A stretch of 46,450 nt of DNA, taken from the UHGV virus genome UHGV-1965195; one strand, 5' to 3'. Numbering within the stretch: position 1 is the stretch's first letter; each line of letters begins with the position of its first letter. The DNA comes from a virus. Under the pieces are notes generated by a model. It saw only the letters and a program-made list of their open reading frames with translations, made no database searches and was not told the origin of the DNA. Below are positions 9,598 through 17,927 of the stretch, one piece after another. The position numbers and the translations under genes were made by a program.

Positions 9598-9670
9598 CGG
9601 GTATAGTAGGACTCGAACCTACGACACATCGGTTAACAGCCGATTGCTCTACCAACTGAGCTATACACCC
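9598..9670 (-). tRNA. tRNA-Asn (anticodon GTT), phage-encoded
   Basis: Reverse complement folds as a canonical 73-nt cloverleaf: GGGTGTA TA GCTC AGTTGGTA GAGC A ATCGG CTGTTAA CCGAT GTGTC GTAGG TTCGAGT CCTAC TATACCC G. Anticodon loop CU-GUU-AA. No encoded CCA. Confidence 0.8.
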
Positions 9671-9859
9671 ATAGGATGCCTTTTATTGACATCCTCTACC
9701 CTATCCGCACTCGGGTACGCTGATTACACTAAATATAGATTGCTGAATCTATTTTTTGTTTGTTGTTCTGGCAGATCTGCGGATATCTGCGTTTTGTGAT
9801 ATCACTCGTAGCACTTCCGCAACATTCCGGAATTAAAATTTACTGCGATATGCTACGAA

Positions 9860-9903
9860 GCCGTGTACAGGAGTCGAACCTGTCTGCCCTACATTTGCCA
9901 CGG
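9860..9903 (-). other. tRNA-like mini-element or degenerate tRNA fragment (acceptor-like stem plus T-arm only)
   Basis: Minus strand GCCGTGG-CAAATGTAGGGCAG-ACAGG TTCGACT CCTGT-ACACGGC-T. A 5-bp T stem with canonical TTCGACT loop and a 6/7-bp acceptor-like stem, but no D or anticodon arms. Confidence 0.3.
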
Positions 9904-10052
9904 CATAAAAACACCGCCAGACAAGAAAGGGGGAAAGTATGACGGTGCCTAAGATATTTGGTGGAGGAATTAGTACTTTGACTATTCAATGCCACATCTC
10001 TTAATTCCACAATACCATAATATCACGGATACTACTGACATGAACTGACATC

Positions 10053-10469
10053 TTAAATTTTTATGTGCTCTAGTGCCCTTCCATGCAGTCTATGTATATG
10101 TCTCTCACAGTATCCCATTTTCTGAGATATATCCCAAAACTCCAATCCTTTAATATACCTGTAGAATAAGACATCCCTCTCGTCCTCATCTTCGATTTGC
10201 TTAATCTTCCAGCTTATGTCTCTATATTCTCTAACTTGCTCAACCCCTTCTTCGTACAGTTCCCGTTCCAAGTCATCCAACTTTGCCACATAATCCGACA
10301 AATCCGTCTGATCCGTTCCGTGCGGCATTCCATCTGTTTTTATGGATGGGTTTGCTTTCATGTTTTTTATTTCTTCCAGTTCGGCGCTTATTCTTTCAAT
10401 CCGTCTTCCATGTTTTCTATATCCACGCAAATACTTCTTCTTTTCCTCATTTTCTCTATTTCGCTCCAT
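10053..10469 (-). CDS. Phage late-gene transcriptional activator (ArpU/RinA-like, sigma-70 region 4-like)
   Basis: 138 aa. C-terminus DVLFYRYIKGLEFWDISQKMGYCERHIHRLHGRALEHI resembles a sigma region-4 helix-turn-helix (HTH). Located just upstream of the tRNA and terS, where ArpU/RinA activators normally sit. Confidence 0.55.
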   Translation of the reverse strand: MERNRENEEKKKYLRGYRKHGRRIERISAELEEIKNMKANPSIKTDGMPHGTDQTDLSDYVAKLDDLERELYEEGVEQVREYRDISWKIKQIEDEDERDVLFYRYIKGLEFWDISQKMGYCERHIHRLHGRALEHIKI

Positions 10470-10665
10470 TGATCACACTCCCTTTCGTATCTACTCCCCA
10501 TTTTCTCAAGCAGTCTTCTACCGTGTGCGTTTTGTACGGTTGACTCTTCATCCACCTCTTCGCTCCTTCCGGTGGTTCATGTTCTGCCAGATCAGCAAAA
10601 TGATCTTCCTGATCTCGTTTCATTTCCTTTGCGCTGCGTCTATGCTTTAAGGTTGCTCCTCTCAT
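10456..10665 (-). CDS. Hypothetical protein
   Basis: 69-aa ORF, basic and charged, coupled to flanking genes. Confidence 0.3.
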   Translation of the reverse strand: MRGATLKHRRSAKEMKRDQEDHFADLAEHEPPEGAKRWMKSQPYKTHTVEDCLRKWGVDTKGSVINGAK

Positions 10666-11255
10666 GCCGTCACCTCAATTTCCTCTCCGGTCAGCTCTTC
10701 CAACTTCTGTCGCATTTCTTCCACTGTCATCTTCTTTGGTTCTTTGCGCTCCCAGATGAGTTCTAAATTATAGTCCGAAAGCATATCTGCAAAGTTGTTA
10801 TATTCTTGGATTGCGTAGACACCAACAATATCGAGATCTTTAAAATATCTGTGTGTCAAATCTTCTCGAAAGCAGTTTCGATCCGCATATCCATCTTCTC
10901 CGATTAATGCTTCGCTTATCACCATTCTCTTGTCACCATTTCGATGTTTCACTACCATCCCATCTTTCAGATCCGCCTTGGTAAATTCTTTGTTCATATA
11001 ATCACTCCATTCTAAGATTTTATATCCTTCGCTATTGTAGTACCAATACGATGAGAACATTCCGGATCCTACATAGCACGTTCCTTCTTTGTACTCTTCA
11101 TAATTCGTCTTTCCCATATAGCTTTTGCCTGTGCACCATTTCATCCCGTGCTCATGCATTCTTTTGCAAAAATCTTTCGCTTCTTCCTCGGTCTTACAAT
11201 GCACCGCAATCTTATTGTATTTATTTTTAAATTCATCCCAGTTAAATTTTTTCAT
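10662..11255 (-). CDS. Hypothetical phage protein
   Basis: 197-aa ORF in the minus-strand operon. No recognisable motif. Confidence 0.4.
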   Translation of the reverse strand: MKKFNWDEFKNKYNKIAVHCKTEEEAKDFCKRMHEHGMKWCTGKSYMGKTNYEEYKEGTCYVGSGMFSSYWYYNSEGYKILEWSDYMNKEFTKADLKDGMVVKHRNGDKRMVISEALIGEDGYADRNCFREDLTHRYFKDLDIVGVYAIQEYNNFADMLSDYNLELIWERKEPKKMTVEEMRQKLEELTGEEIEVTA

Positions 11256-11259
11256 CTTC

Positions 11260-11451
11260 CTACCTCACTATCTTCCGCACAATCCAATCCAAAAACACCA
11301 CAAATAGCAGTATCGGGAATCCCGCAGCCATCAGGTAATCCGCACCTTCTAGTTTTACATCCTCTTCCAATCCTGTCTTTAAAGTAATCACGGTTCCCAG
11401 TACCAATATGTAGTAAAGGGTCAAAAATGCGATTGTGATTAAAATGTCCAT
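11260..11451 (-). CDS. Small membrane protein (two TM helices)
   Basis: 63 aa with two hydrophobic segments (ILITIAFLTLYYILVLGTVI, GFPILLFVVFLDWIV). Confidence 0.35.
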   Translation of the reverse strand: MDILITIAFLTLYYILVLGTVITLKTGLEEDVKLEGADYLMAAGFPILLFVVFLDWIVRKIVR

Positions 11452-11452
11452 G

Positions 11453-11866
11453 TTATTCCTCCTTGTATGGTTTTGGAAGTGGCTGCCATGCGAATATTAC
11501 CCCATCATAAATCCCATAATCGTCATACCAAAGACCATATTCATCCTCTTTTTTAAATCTCATTCTCTTTACCGGATATTCTTTATCGTCACACGTTACA
11601 AGATATATACCTTCTTTCTTAGGCATATTTTGTTCTGTGTAAGGGATCCAGTCATTGTCTTTCTTGCTGTCTTCATATCCTTTCTGATACCATTTTCTTC
11701 GGCTGCATTCTCCGCACTTCGGAACATCGTCCATGTGCGAACGGATAATACTGCTAATTTCGGTTGCCATACCTGTAGCACCTAATGCATACAACACCTT
11801 ATGTCCAGTTACATACTCTTTTTCAACTTCGCTTATCTCCTCCAAAATCTTCTCTAGTACGTTCAC
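11453..11866 (-). CDS. DUF551-like phage protein
   Basis: 137 aa. The C-terminal WIPYTEQNMP...GIYLVTCDD...AWQPLPKPYKEE matches the DUF551 hallmark (W-I...P, AW-PLP-PY) as I recall it. Confidence 0.5.
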   Translation of the reverse strand: MNVLEKILEEISEVEKEYVTGHKVLYALGATGMATEISSIIRSHMDDVPKCGECSRRKWYQKGYEDSKKDNDWIPYTEQNMPKKEGIYLVTCDDKEYPVKRMRFKKEDEYGLWYDDYGIYDGVIFAWQPLPKPYKEE

Positions 11867-12069
11867 TCCGCATTCTCCTTATCTGCATATTTCTCTACGA
11901 CATCTATTGCACGGGTCATCCCATAAATATAGCTTTCCAGTTCTTCTGCTGTTTTACTGGCTCCGTGTCTTTTCCTTTCTTCCTTTAAGGTTTCGTAGGC
12001 GTCATTTTTCATGGATTCGATTTCTTCCACGATTTTCTCCGGTATATTCATTTTCCCTCTCCACTTCAT
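11863..12069 (-). CDS. Hypothetical protein. Start uncertain; overlaps the next ORF by 68 nt.
   Basis: 68-aa ORF. Alternative internal starts (MNIPEK..., MKNDAYE...) would reduce the overlap. Confidence 0.25.
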   Translation of the reverse strand: MKWRGKMNIPEKIVEEIESMKNDAYETLKEERKRHGASKTAEELESYIYGMTRAIDVVEKYADKENAE

Positions 12070-12217
12070 TGTCGTATTTCAGGCACTTTCCATCCTTGTA
12101 CGCTATGCATTTCTCTTTAATGCACGGATGTAACACTGGTCTGACAAAATCTCCATTCCCAATAAACATTGCTTTTACCTCTTCTTTTCCCGTTAAATCA
12201 GGGCAAAATAAAATCAT
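12002..12217 (-). CDS. Hypothetical protein
   Basis: ATG at 12217 overlaps the TGA of the upstream Cys-rich ORF (ATGA). Contains HPCIKEKCIAYKDGKC. Confidence 0.35.
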   Translation of the reverse strand: MILFCPDLTGKEEVKAMFIGNGDFVRPVLHPCIKEKCIAYKDGKCLKYDNEVERENEYTGENRGRNRIHEK

Positions 12218-12363
12218 CACTCCACCTCCTCATATTCCGGACACTCCGCACAATACTCATACCGGCCCATTCTTGCGCACTGCTCTTTGCACACTTCGTT
12301 TTCTGAGCATTCTATGCAACAATAATTGTGTCCGCATATACTTGTTAATTTGCATCTTCCCAT
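12217..12363 (-). CDS. Small Cys-rich protein (48 aa, MGRCKLTSICGHNYCCIECSENEVCKEQCARMGRYEYCAECPEYEEVE)
   Basis: Below the ORF-track size cutoff. Found by translating the 235-bp gap. Ten cysteines in 48 residues. Stop coupled (ATGA) to the downstream gene. Confidence 0.35.
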   Translation of the reverse strand: MGRCKLTSICGHNYCCIECSENEVCKEQCARMGRYEYCAECPEYEEVE

Positions 12364-12455
12364 CAGTCATTCCTCCTAATCGCCATCTCAATCCCGATTT
12401 CGTCCTTAATCATCTTTGTATACTCATCCCATGTTGCCATATCATCCACCAAGCA

Positions 12456-12749
12456 CTATGCTTTCAGATTCATCCGGTCAATAAATCTCTTGCACCGTTT
12501 CCCAGCAAAACCGAACTCATCATGCAGCGTTGCGACTGCGATCACCATCATTGTGTCCAGTGTCATGTTTTTTATCTTCTCGCAGGCAATGTTTAGTTCT
12601 TTTCTGGTTAATGCTGTATTTATTCCTGTGATATTCCGAAACTGGATTTCTTTTTCCAGTCCCTCGATACCGTCTTTTTTTACAATCTCCCTTGCCAGAA
12701 TCAATCCCTGTGATCTACCGGCTGTATAATCATCAACTTTTCCCATCAC
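12456..12749 (-). CDS. Hypothetical protein
   Basis: 97-aa ORF immediately downstream of the PAPS-reductase-like gene. Confidence 0.35.
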   Translation of the reverse strand: MMGKVDDYTAGRSQGLILAREIVKKDGIEGLEKEIQFRNITGINTALTRKELNIACEKIKNMTLDTMMVIAVATLHDEFGFAGKRCKRFIDRMNLKA

Positions 12750-13634
12750 CTATTCCTCCGCAATAAAGTCTTCTATGCTCATTTGCCCTGGTATGTTTTC
12801 GTCTTCCATCCACCAAAGAAATACCTCTTCCCCTGTCGTCCACTTACATTCTTTTCCTCTTCGTTCACGTTCTTTCAACATCCTGTCGAAAGCATTTATA
12901 TACAATTGCTTATACTTTGGAAAATCTGCAAACTCTTTGTAACGCTTTTTGCCTACCATCGGACATCCGATGCAACCAACACGGTCATATCCGCACTGGT
13001 ACAGCTCGCACGTCTCTATTTTCTCGGAATTTATATATCCCCAGATATCACTATGCGTCCAATCTATGATAGGATTTACAATCATTTTTTTCTGCTGCAT
13101 ACATAGCTCACTCATCCGTCTTCGTGCATCGTTATCCTCCATCAGCATTATCTTCGTAAATTTTTCTTTCTCCTTTTGGGTTTGTCCGAGCTTTTCAAAC
13201 TCTTCCCTTTTCATTCTGGAAACACTTTCGTCCCATCTTGCTCCGGTTGCGATATACCGGTTTGCACATCCAGTTTCTTTCAGTATAGAGCAACAGTATC
13301 TTACCAATCTTGTCGGCGGAATAAGTTTTTCGGGAATTAACTTCCACATGCTAATCGGTTTTCCTTTATAACGTGGTTTTTCTATCTCGCACTTAATCCC
13401 ATGCAGTTCCAGTTCTCGAAATACCTTCCGGATATGCCGAACTGTCTGCGGCGCATCTGCCGTTGTATGGCTGTTATGTACTTCAAATGGGATTCCGGAT
13501 CGCTTAAAAATCTCTAACATCACATCACTATCCTTTCCTCCGCTATACGTACAAACAAGCGGTCTACCATAGTGATGTAGACTCATTTCACTTGCCATTT
13601 TAATTCTTTCGATTGCTTTTTTCTCTTTATCCAT
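12750..13634 (-). CDS. Phosphoadenosine-phosphosulfate (PAPS) reductase-family PP-loop ATPase
   Basis: PP-loop motif CTYSGGKDSDV near the N-terminus. C-terminal cysteine cluster CGYDRVGCIGCP (Fe-S-like). 294 aa. Confidence 0.65.
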   Translation of the reverse strand: MDKEKKAIERIKMASEMSLHHYGRPLVCTYSGGKDSDVMLEIFKRSGIPFEVHNSHTTADAPQTVRHIRKVFRELELHGIKCEIEKPRYKGKPISMWKLIPEKLIPPTRLVRYCCSILKETGCANRYIATGARWDESVSRMKREEFEKLGQTQKEKEKFTKIMLMEDNDARRRMSELCMQQKKMIVNPIIDWTHSDIWGYINSEKIETCELYQCGYDRVGCIGCPMVGKKRYKEFADFPKYKQLYINAFDRMLKERERRGKECKWTTGEEVFLWWMEDENIPGQMSIEDFIAEE

Positions 13635-13684
13635 TTTCTCAGAAGCCCGGTATACCCTTGCCCCGGCCGGAGGCTGGCTCCTTT

Positions 13685-13951
13685 CTATTTTTCGTTTATT
13701 TTCTTCTTATTTCCTCGCAACTGCTTGCAAAGCTCTTCCCACTCAACCTCTTTGCTCCGCGTCCATCTTTTCGCTGCTCTTCTCTTCCGGATTCCAGTAT
13801 TATCCATGTACCGGATAAGATCATCTCTGGTAAATTCCGTTTTCTGCATGTCATGCAAGACTTTATGGATATGCTCATCCAAGCATCCGAGTTTTACCAT
13901 CTCTTCGATCTGGAACTTGTAGGGATCCAGAAAGTGTACTGGTCTACTCAT
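13685..13951 (-). CDS. Hypothetical protein
   Basis: Start placed at MSRPVHFLDPYK, 2 nt after the upstream stop. Basic C-terminus. Confidence 0.35.
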   Translation of the reverse strand: MSRPVHFLDPYKFQIEEMVKLGCLDEHIHKVLHDMQKTEFTRDDLIRYMDNTGIRKRRAAKRWTRSKEVEWEELCKQLRGNKKKINEK

Positions 13952-15092
13952 TTTCTGCCCTTTCGATTGTGCGAACCGGAATTCCATTCACTTCCAGACT
14001 GTCATCTACTGCTATTACTAAGCATTTCCTTCCATTCACAACCATTGTATCTACAAGATCTGTCCGCCCTGGATTCACTTTAATCACAATATCCGGTGTT
14101 TCAATCTGGAATTTTTTCGTCTCTGTAATGTTCGCTGCAAGCAGGGATGCCTTTTCTCCTACAGTCTCTTCATAATTCTGGTCAAAACTCTCCATCTTCT
14201 CCGAAGAGACACCACTTCGTTCAAATACCTTGCGCACATCTGTCTTATCAAGCTGCAGCGGTTCCGGTTCTTCCTTGTGCTCCTCGATCATGTCATTCAA
14301 CGTATCATGAATATTGCGAATCGTCTTATAATCTCCATCTTCTCCCAGAGTATCTTCAATCAGCATCTGAAATGTCTCCTTCTGCGTGTTGGCTGACATC
14401 GGCATCCTTGCTCCCAGCAGCTGTTCGATTAGCTCCTGCTGTAAATCCTCTGACTTCTTTGTATAATAGAGAGCCCCGTGGATATCTGTACTCCTGTCAT
14501 TAAACGAAGGGAACAAGAATCCTTTATCGGGCATACATACTACCCAGTCCCGGATACGATCATGAATGCAATTACTCTCTGCATGGTAGCTCAATCCTGC
14601 CTTTGACAACGAAACCGGGCAGATGCTGCATAGCAGATATTCATACACTTCTTCTGACGCATCGTACATCTCCATGTCATCAGAAGATTTTCCCGGTATA
14701 TCATACATTGCATGAATGAGGACGATGTAATAATTTTCACCGTAGTCATAAGATTCGATTATCCTATCGTAGAACTCTTCCAGAAGCTGGTCATCTTCCA
14801 ACTTGCTTTTTCTGAGCTTCATCAAGAATTCCTGTGTTCCTCCCGGCATCTCCTGTTTTGTCGGAAATTCCAGATTTAACAAATTCTTGCCGACACTTCC
14901 GGACAATGTTTTTCTTAAGATGTCAAAATACTTGAATGTGTCCTCTTCCGGTAAGGACAGGAATGCGCTTTTTGACTCCATCTTTTTGATTTTCTCATGA
15001 TCTACATAGCAACCGGCAATTCTTGTGATTGCACAATTTGCTGGCGTAAACTGTTTACGAATCTCCAATACTTCTTTTTTATTCATTTTCAA
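13944..15092 (-). CDS. DUF4317-like protein
   Basis: 382 aa. N-terminus MNKKEVLEIRKQFTPANCAITRIAGCYVD... matches my recollection of the Firmicutes DUF4317 family. Recalled, not searched. Confidence 0.4.
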   Translation of the reverse strand: MKMNKKEVLEIRKQFTPANCAITRIAGCYVDHEKIKKMESKSAFLSLPEEDTFKYFDILRKTLSGSVGKNLLNLEFPTKQEMPGGTQEFLMKLRKSKLEDDQLLEEFYDRIIESYDYGENYYIVLIHAMYDIPGKSSDDMEMYDASEEVYEYLLCSICPVSLSKAGLSYHAESNCIHDRIRDWVVCMPDKGFLFPSFNDRSTDIHGALYYTKKSEDLQQELIEQLLGARMPMSANTQKETFQMLIEDTLGEDGDYKTIRNIHDTLNDMIEEHKEEPEPLQLDKTDVRKVFERSGVSSEKMESFDQNYEETVGEKASLLAANITETKKFQIETPDIVIKVNPGRTDLVDTMVVNGRKCLVIAVDDSLEVNGIPVRTIERAENE

Positions 15093-15270
15093 CCTCTCTT
15101 TCCAGCCACTCTTTTTGGCTCTTGTACAAATTCAGGTATTTATCACGGTTTTCTTCGTACAGATCGTTTTCTAAATCCTCATCTATTCTTGTAAGTATCA
15201 TCTTCACTGCGGAGATTTCTGGTGTATCAATTTCTCCTGTTATGTTGTTCAAATGATCATTGTTCGTCAT
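15079..15270 (-). CDS. Hypothetical acidic protein
   Basis: 63-aa ORF overlapping the downstream gene start. Confidence 0.3.
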   Translation of the reverse strand: MTNNDHLNNITGEIDTPEISAVKMILTRIDEDLENDLYEENRDKYLNLYKSQKEWLEREVENE

Positions 15271-15404
15271 TTCCCTCTCACCCTGTTCTTTCTCTTCCGC
15301 TTTGTGCTGCCGTACATAAACGCTGCCATGTTGCCCGGTTTGAATCCGGCAGACTGTTTCTTATAGACTCTAAAACCGTATCTTTTTCTGTTCATGTTTG
15401 CCTC

Positions 15405-16136
15405 CTAACTAAAACTTGCTTCCGGCTCTTCCTGTGGACATATTTCTCCATCTGCTTCCATTTCGTTTATGATGATTTTCGTTCCCGCTCTTTGTAATCT
15501 CAGCAACAGCATGTCAAATTCCCCAAGGTATCTCAACGACTTAATGTCTACACATCCCAAACTGTCAAGTGTATACTCTTTCTCAAAATCCCATTTCGAT
15601 ATCGGAATTTCCATATTCAACTTTTCATCGTGTTCGTTTTCGAAAATGATTACCGCCCTATGCAGGGAGCTCCGAGTAGATCTTTCACACTCTTCTATTA
15701 GCATCTCGCAACTGACCGATTCGTAGTGTGGTCCATTGTCAAACTCCACTTCCAGACCAGTTGTACTGATCTTCTTTTCGCACATTGCAATCCATGCATC
15801 AAACAGATCAGTGACTTCCATTTCTTTTTCTTCCTGCTTGATTGATAATTCCTTAAAATTTTCCAGAATCTTTTTATTCTCGATACAAGCATCGGAATTT
15901 ACGATTTCTGTAAGCACCGTATCCAACTTTGGAAGGTATTCCGAAAAATCATACTTCTCTATGTACGGCACCATAACTTCGTCTATTTTTTTCTTCAGTG
16001 CACTTTCTGCTTTTCCCCATCTAAACGCTGATTCTATTGCCGATTCTATCGTTTCCTTGAATTTATTTCTGAGTATTTCCTTTACTTCTTCCTCAGAGAG
16101 ACACTCCTGTGCCATTTTTAATAATTCTTCTTCCAT
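15405..16136 (-). CDS. Hypothetical protein (replication region)
   Basis: 243-aa acidic ORF immediately downstream of the replisome organizer gene. Confidence 0.4.
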   Translation of the reverse strand: MEEELLKMAQECLSEEEVKEILRNKFKETIESAIESAFRWGKAESALKKKIDEVMVPYIEKYDFSEYLPKLDTVLTEIVNSDACIENKKILENFKELSIKQEEKEMEVTDLFDAWIAMCEKKISTTGLEVEFDNGPHYESVSCEMLIEECERSTRSSLHRAVIIFENEHDEKLNMEIPISKWDFEKEYTLDSLGCVDIKSLRYLGEFDMLLLRLQRAGTKIIINEMEADGEICPQEEPEASFS

Positions 16137-16147
16137 TTTCTTCCCCC

Positions 16148-17026
16148 TTAATTTGACTTCAATAACTGCTCTTCCAGATAGTCCATGTCGTATCCTCTGC
16201 GTTCGAAGTTATTTAAGTTTCTGCTTACTGGCGGTTTTGTTGGCTTTATATTTTTATTCTTGTAATTTCCATCCAGAATCTTTGCCATATTCGTGTCATT
16301 CATCATCCAGTCAAAGGTTGCTGACCAATTCCGGTTATTTTCGCCTTTTAGAAAGTCGCTTTCTTCTGCAATCTCAAATACTCTTTGAATGTCATCAATG
16401 GAATATTTTCTTAATCTTGCTTTAATTGCCCGTTTTCTTTTTTCAGACAATCGTGTTAAGCGAGGGAATGACACGCAAGTGGCATTATACATATCAGCTA
16501 TTTGCTGATAATCCACTCTATTACCTCTTATATCTCTTTCTTTATCTATATCTTTATCTTCTTCTTTATCTTTATCTGTAGCGTGACTTCCCAAATTTGT
16601 CACACTTGTGTCACGTGACATTTCCGTGACACACTCAATTTTTTGTTTTTCCCTCTGTTTTTGCTTCCTAATCCGGTTCTGCTCCCTTATTTTTTCAAGC
16701 GCTTCTGCGTTCTGGTGTTCCTCCCATCCGGGGATCGAGAAAAATCCATTGTCCATCACGATCATTTCAAGCTGCTCCAGTGATTGTAAGGCTAATTTCA
16801 CGGTATTTTCCTCAAAATCAAGTTCATCAGCCAACATCTTGGGCGTGTATGGGATGTTCTGTGTCAAAAACACCATCCCGTTACTATTACACCGACCAGC
16901 CATGGTAAGCAGCATCACCCAAATTAAGACAATGTTATTTCCGTCTGGAAGTTTCCGCAGATGTTTGATCTTGCGATTATCAAACATATCCGTTGTAATC
17001 TTGATCCACTTGACCTCTGCCATCAC
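16148..17026 (-). CDS. Phage replisome organizer (N-terminal replisome-organizer domain plus C-terminal DnaD-like region)
   Basis: N-terminus MMAEVKWIKITTDMFDNRKIKHLRKLPDGNNIVLIWVMLLTMAGRCNSNGMVF is the characteristic replisome-organizer N-terminal motif. A central low-complexity linker coincides with iteron-like DNA repeats. Confidence 0.7.
   Translation of the reverse strand: MMAEVKWIKITTDMFDNRKIKHLRKLPDGNNIVLIWVMLLTMAGRCNSNGMVFLTQNIPYTPKMLADELDFEENTVKLALQSLEQLEMIVMDNGFFSIPGWEEHQNAEALEKIREQNRIRKQKQREKQKIECVTEMSRDTSVTNLGSHATDKDKEEDKDIDKERDIRGNRVDYQQIADMYNATCVSFPRLTRLSEKRKRAIKARLRKYSIDDIQRVFEIAEESDFLKGENNRNWSATFDWMMNDTNMAKILDGNYKNKNIKPTKPPVSRNLNNFERRGYDMDYLEEQLLKSN
16530..16660. repeat. Putative origin of replication inside the replisome-organizer gene (AT-rich tracts plus GTGTCAC/GTGACAC iterons)
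   Basis: tctttctttatctatatctttatcttcttctttatctttatctg, followed by ttgtcacacttgtgtcacgtgacatttccgtgacacactc (four 7-mer copies in alternating orientation including the palindrome GTCACGTGAC), then a T-rich stretch. Confidence 0.5.
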
Positions 17027-17433
17027 TCATCCTCCGCAATATAGACCACCACACAAGGCTCATCCGAGTATGCTTTTTCGATTTCCAGACTGGTCACCTG
17101 CTTATCGTCCGTATATGCGACTCCATTCAGTCCATCCAAAATGATTTTTGCAATGTTGTCTAAGTCAGGCTTCTTATTCGGCTTTATTTCTCCTTTTAAA
17201 GCCCTATCCTTATTCTTCTTAGGCCAGCTCTCTGGAATCGGAAATTTCGCTAAAATTCGAACTCTCAGAGGGATGTCCGTGTAAAGCACGCCTATACTCT
17301 GCTTGTAAATCCTTGCAACTTCCTTTTCGTACTTTTTATTTTCTGGTGGCGTATATGTAATGACTTTAAATCCGGCTCTGCGGAATCTCGGTCTTGCTTT
17401 TCCAACCGGTTTGCCCGGAATTGTAATTACCAT
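17023..17433 (-). CDS. rusA: RusA-family Holliday junction resolvase
   Basis: N-terminal MVITIPGKPVGKARPRF... is the classic RusA signature. 136 aa. Confidence 0.75.
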   Translation of the reverse strand: MVITIPGKPVGKARPRFRRAGFKVITYTPPENKKYEKEVARIYKQSIGVLYTDIPLRVRILAKFPIPESWPKKNKDRALKGEIKPNKKPDLDNIAKIILDGLNGVAYTDDKQVTSLEIEKAYSDEPCVVVYIAEDE

Positions 17434-17546
17434 TTATTCTCCTTTCTGCTCCCGGAATTATCGGGAGACAATGAATCTGGCTTACTTAAGGTATTTGTGA
17501 CGTACTACACAGCAGCCATGAACGGGTTACAATTTATAGCAAAGGT

Positions 17547-17927
17547 TTAACCCTTACTAACATAGTGAAATTCTTGCCGGAACTGTTCTTCTGTTCCGTA
17601 GTGCTGCAAATAATATTCCTTGCAGCGTTTTCTTAAGTCTCTGTCAACTTTCGCTGCATTCTTCCCCGCTTTCGTTCCGTTTGGATGCAGGTCTGGTCTC
17701 AACGGGGAAATGAAGCCGTAGTCCTCCGAAAGTTCAATTTCTCTTGATGTGTGACTAAAAACATGATGCCTCTCCACTCCGTAAACTCCGGTGTACATGC
17801 AATGATCCATGTCCTCTGTAAATATGCTCCACAGCTTCTTTGGTCTGCCGGATGCTCTTTGATGACCTTTTTTCTTTTTCTTTCGCTTCGGCTTCGGGAA
17901 TGCCATGTCACTGTAATCAATACTCAC
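17547..17927 (-). CDS. Putative HNH-like nuclease (NinG/Rap-like position)
   Basis: 126 aa. Basic N-terminal KPKRKKKKKGHQR. HCMYTGVYGVERHHVFSH...LHPN resembles a ββα-Me HNH core. Sits between the NinB-like and RusA genes. Confidence 0.4.
   Translation of the reverse strand: MSIDYSDMAFPKPKRKKKKKGHQRASGRPKKLWSIFTEDMDHCMYTGVYGVERHHVFSHTSREIELSEDYGFISPLRPDLHPNGTKAGKNAAKVDRDLRKRCKEYYLQHYGTEEQFRQEFHYVSKG

Noticed and set aside
9760-9942. 60-aa plus-strand ORF
   Set aside because: Spans the tRNA-like minihelix region and has no ribosome-binding site. Likely non-coding intergenic DNA.
11733-12596. Long plus-strand ORF (287 aa) plus other plus-strand ORFs in the 10-20 kb region (10197-10766, 12949-13371, 13613-14083, 15736-16425, 16608-17144, 19314-20060)
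   Set aside because: They run antisense to well-supported minus-strand genes, have low-complexity Ser/Leu/Phe/Cys-rich translations and lack a ribosome-binding site. They are shadow ORFs of the coding strand.
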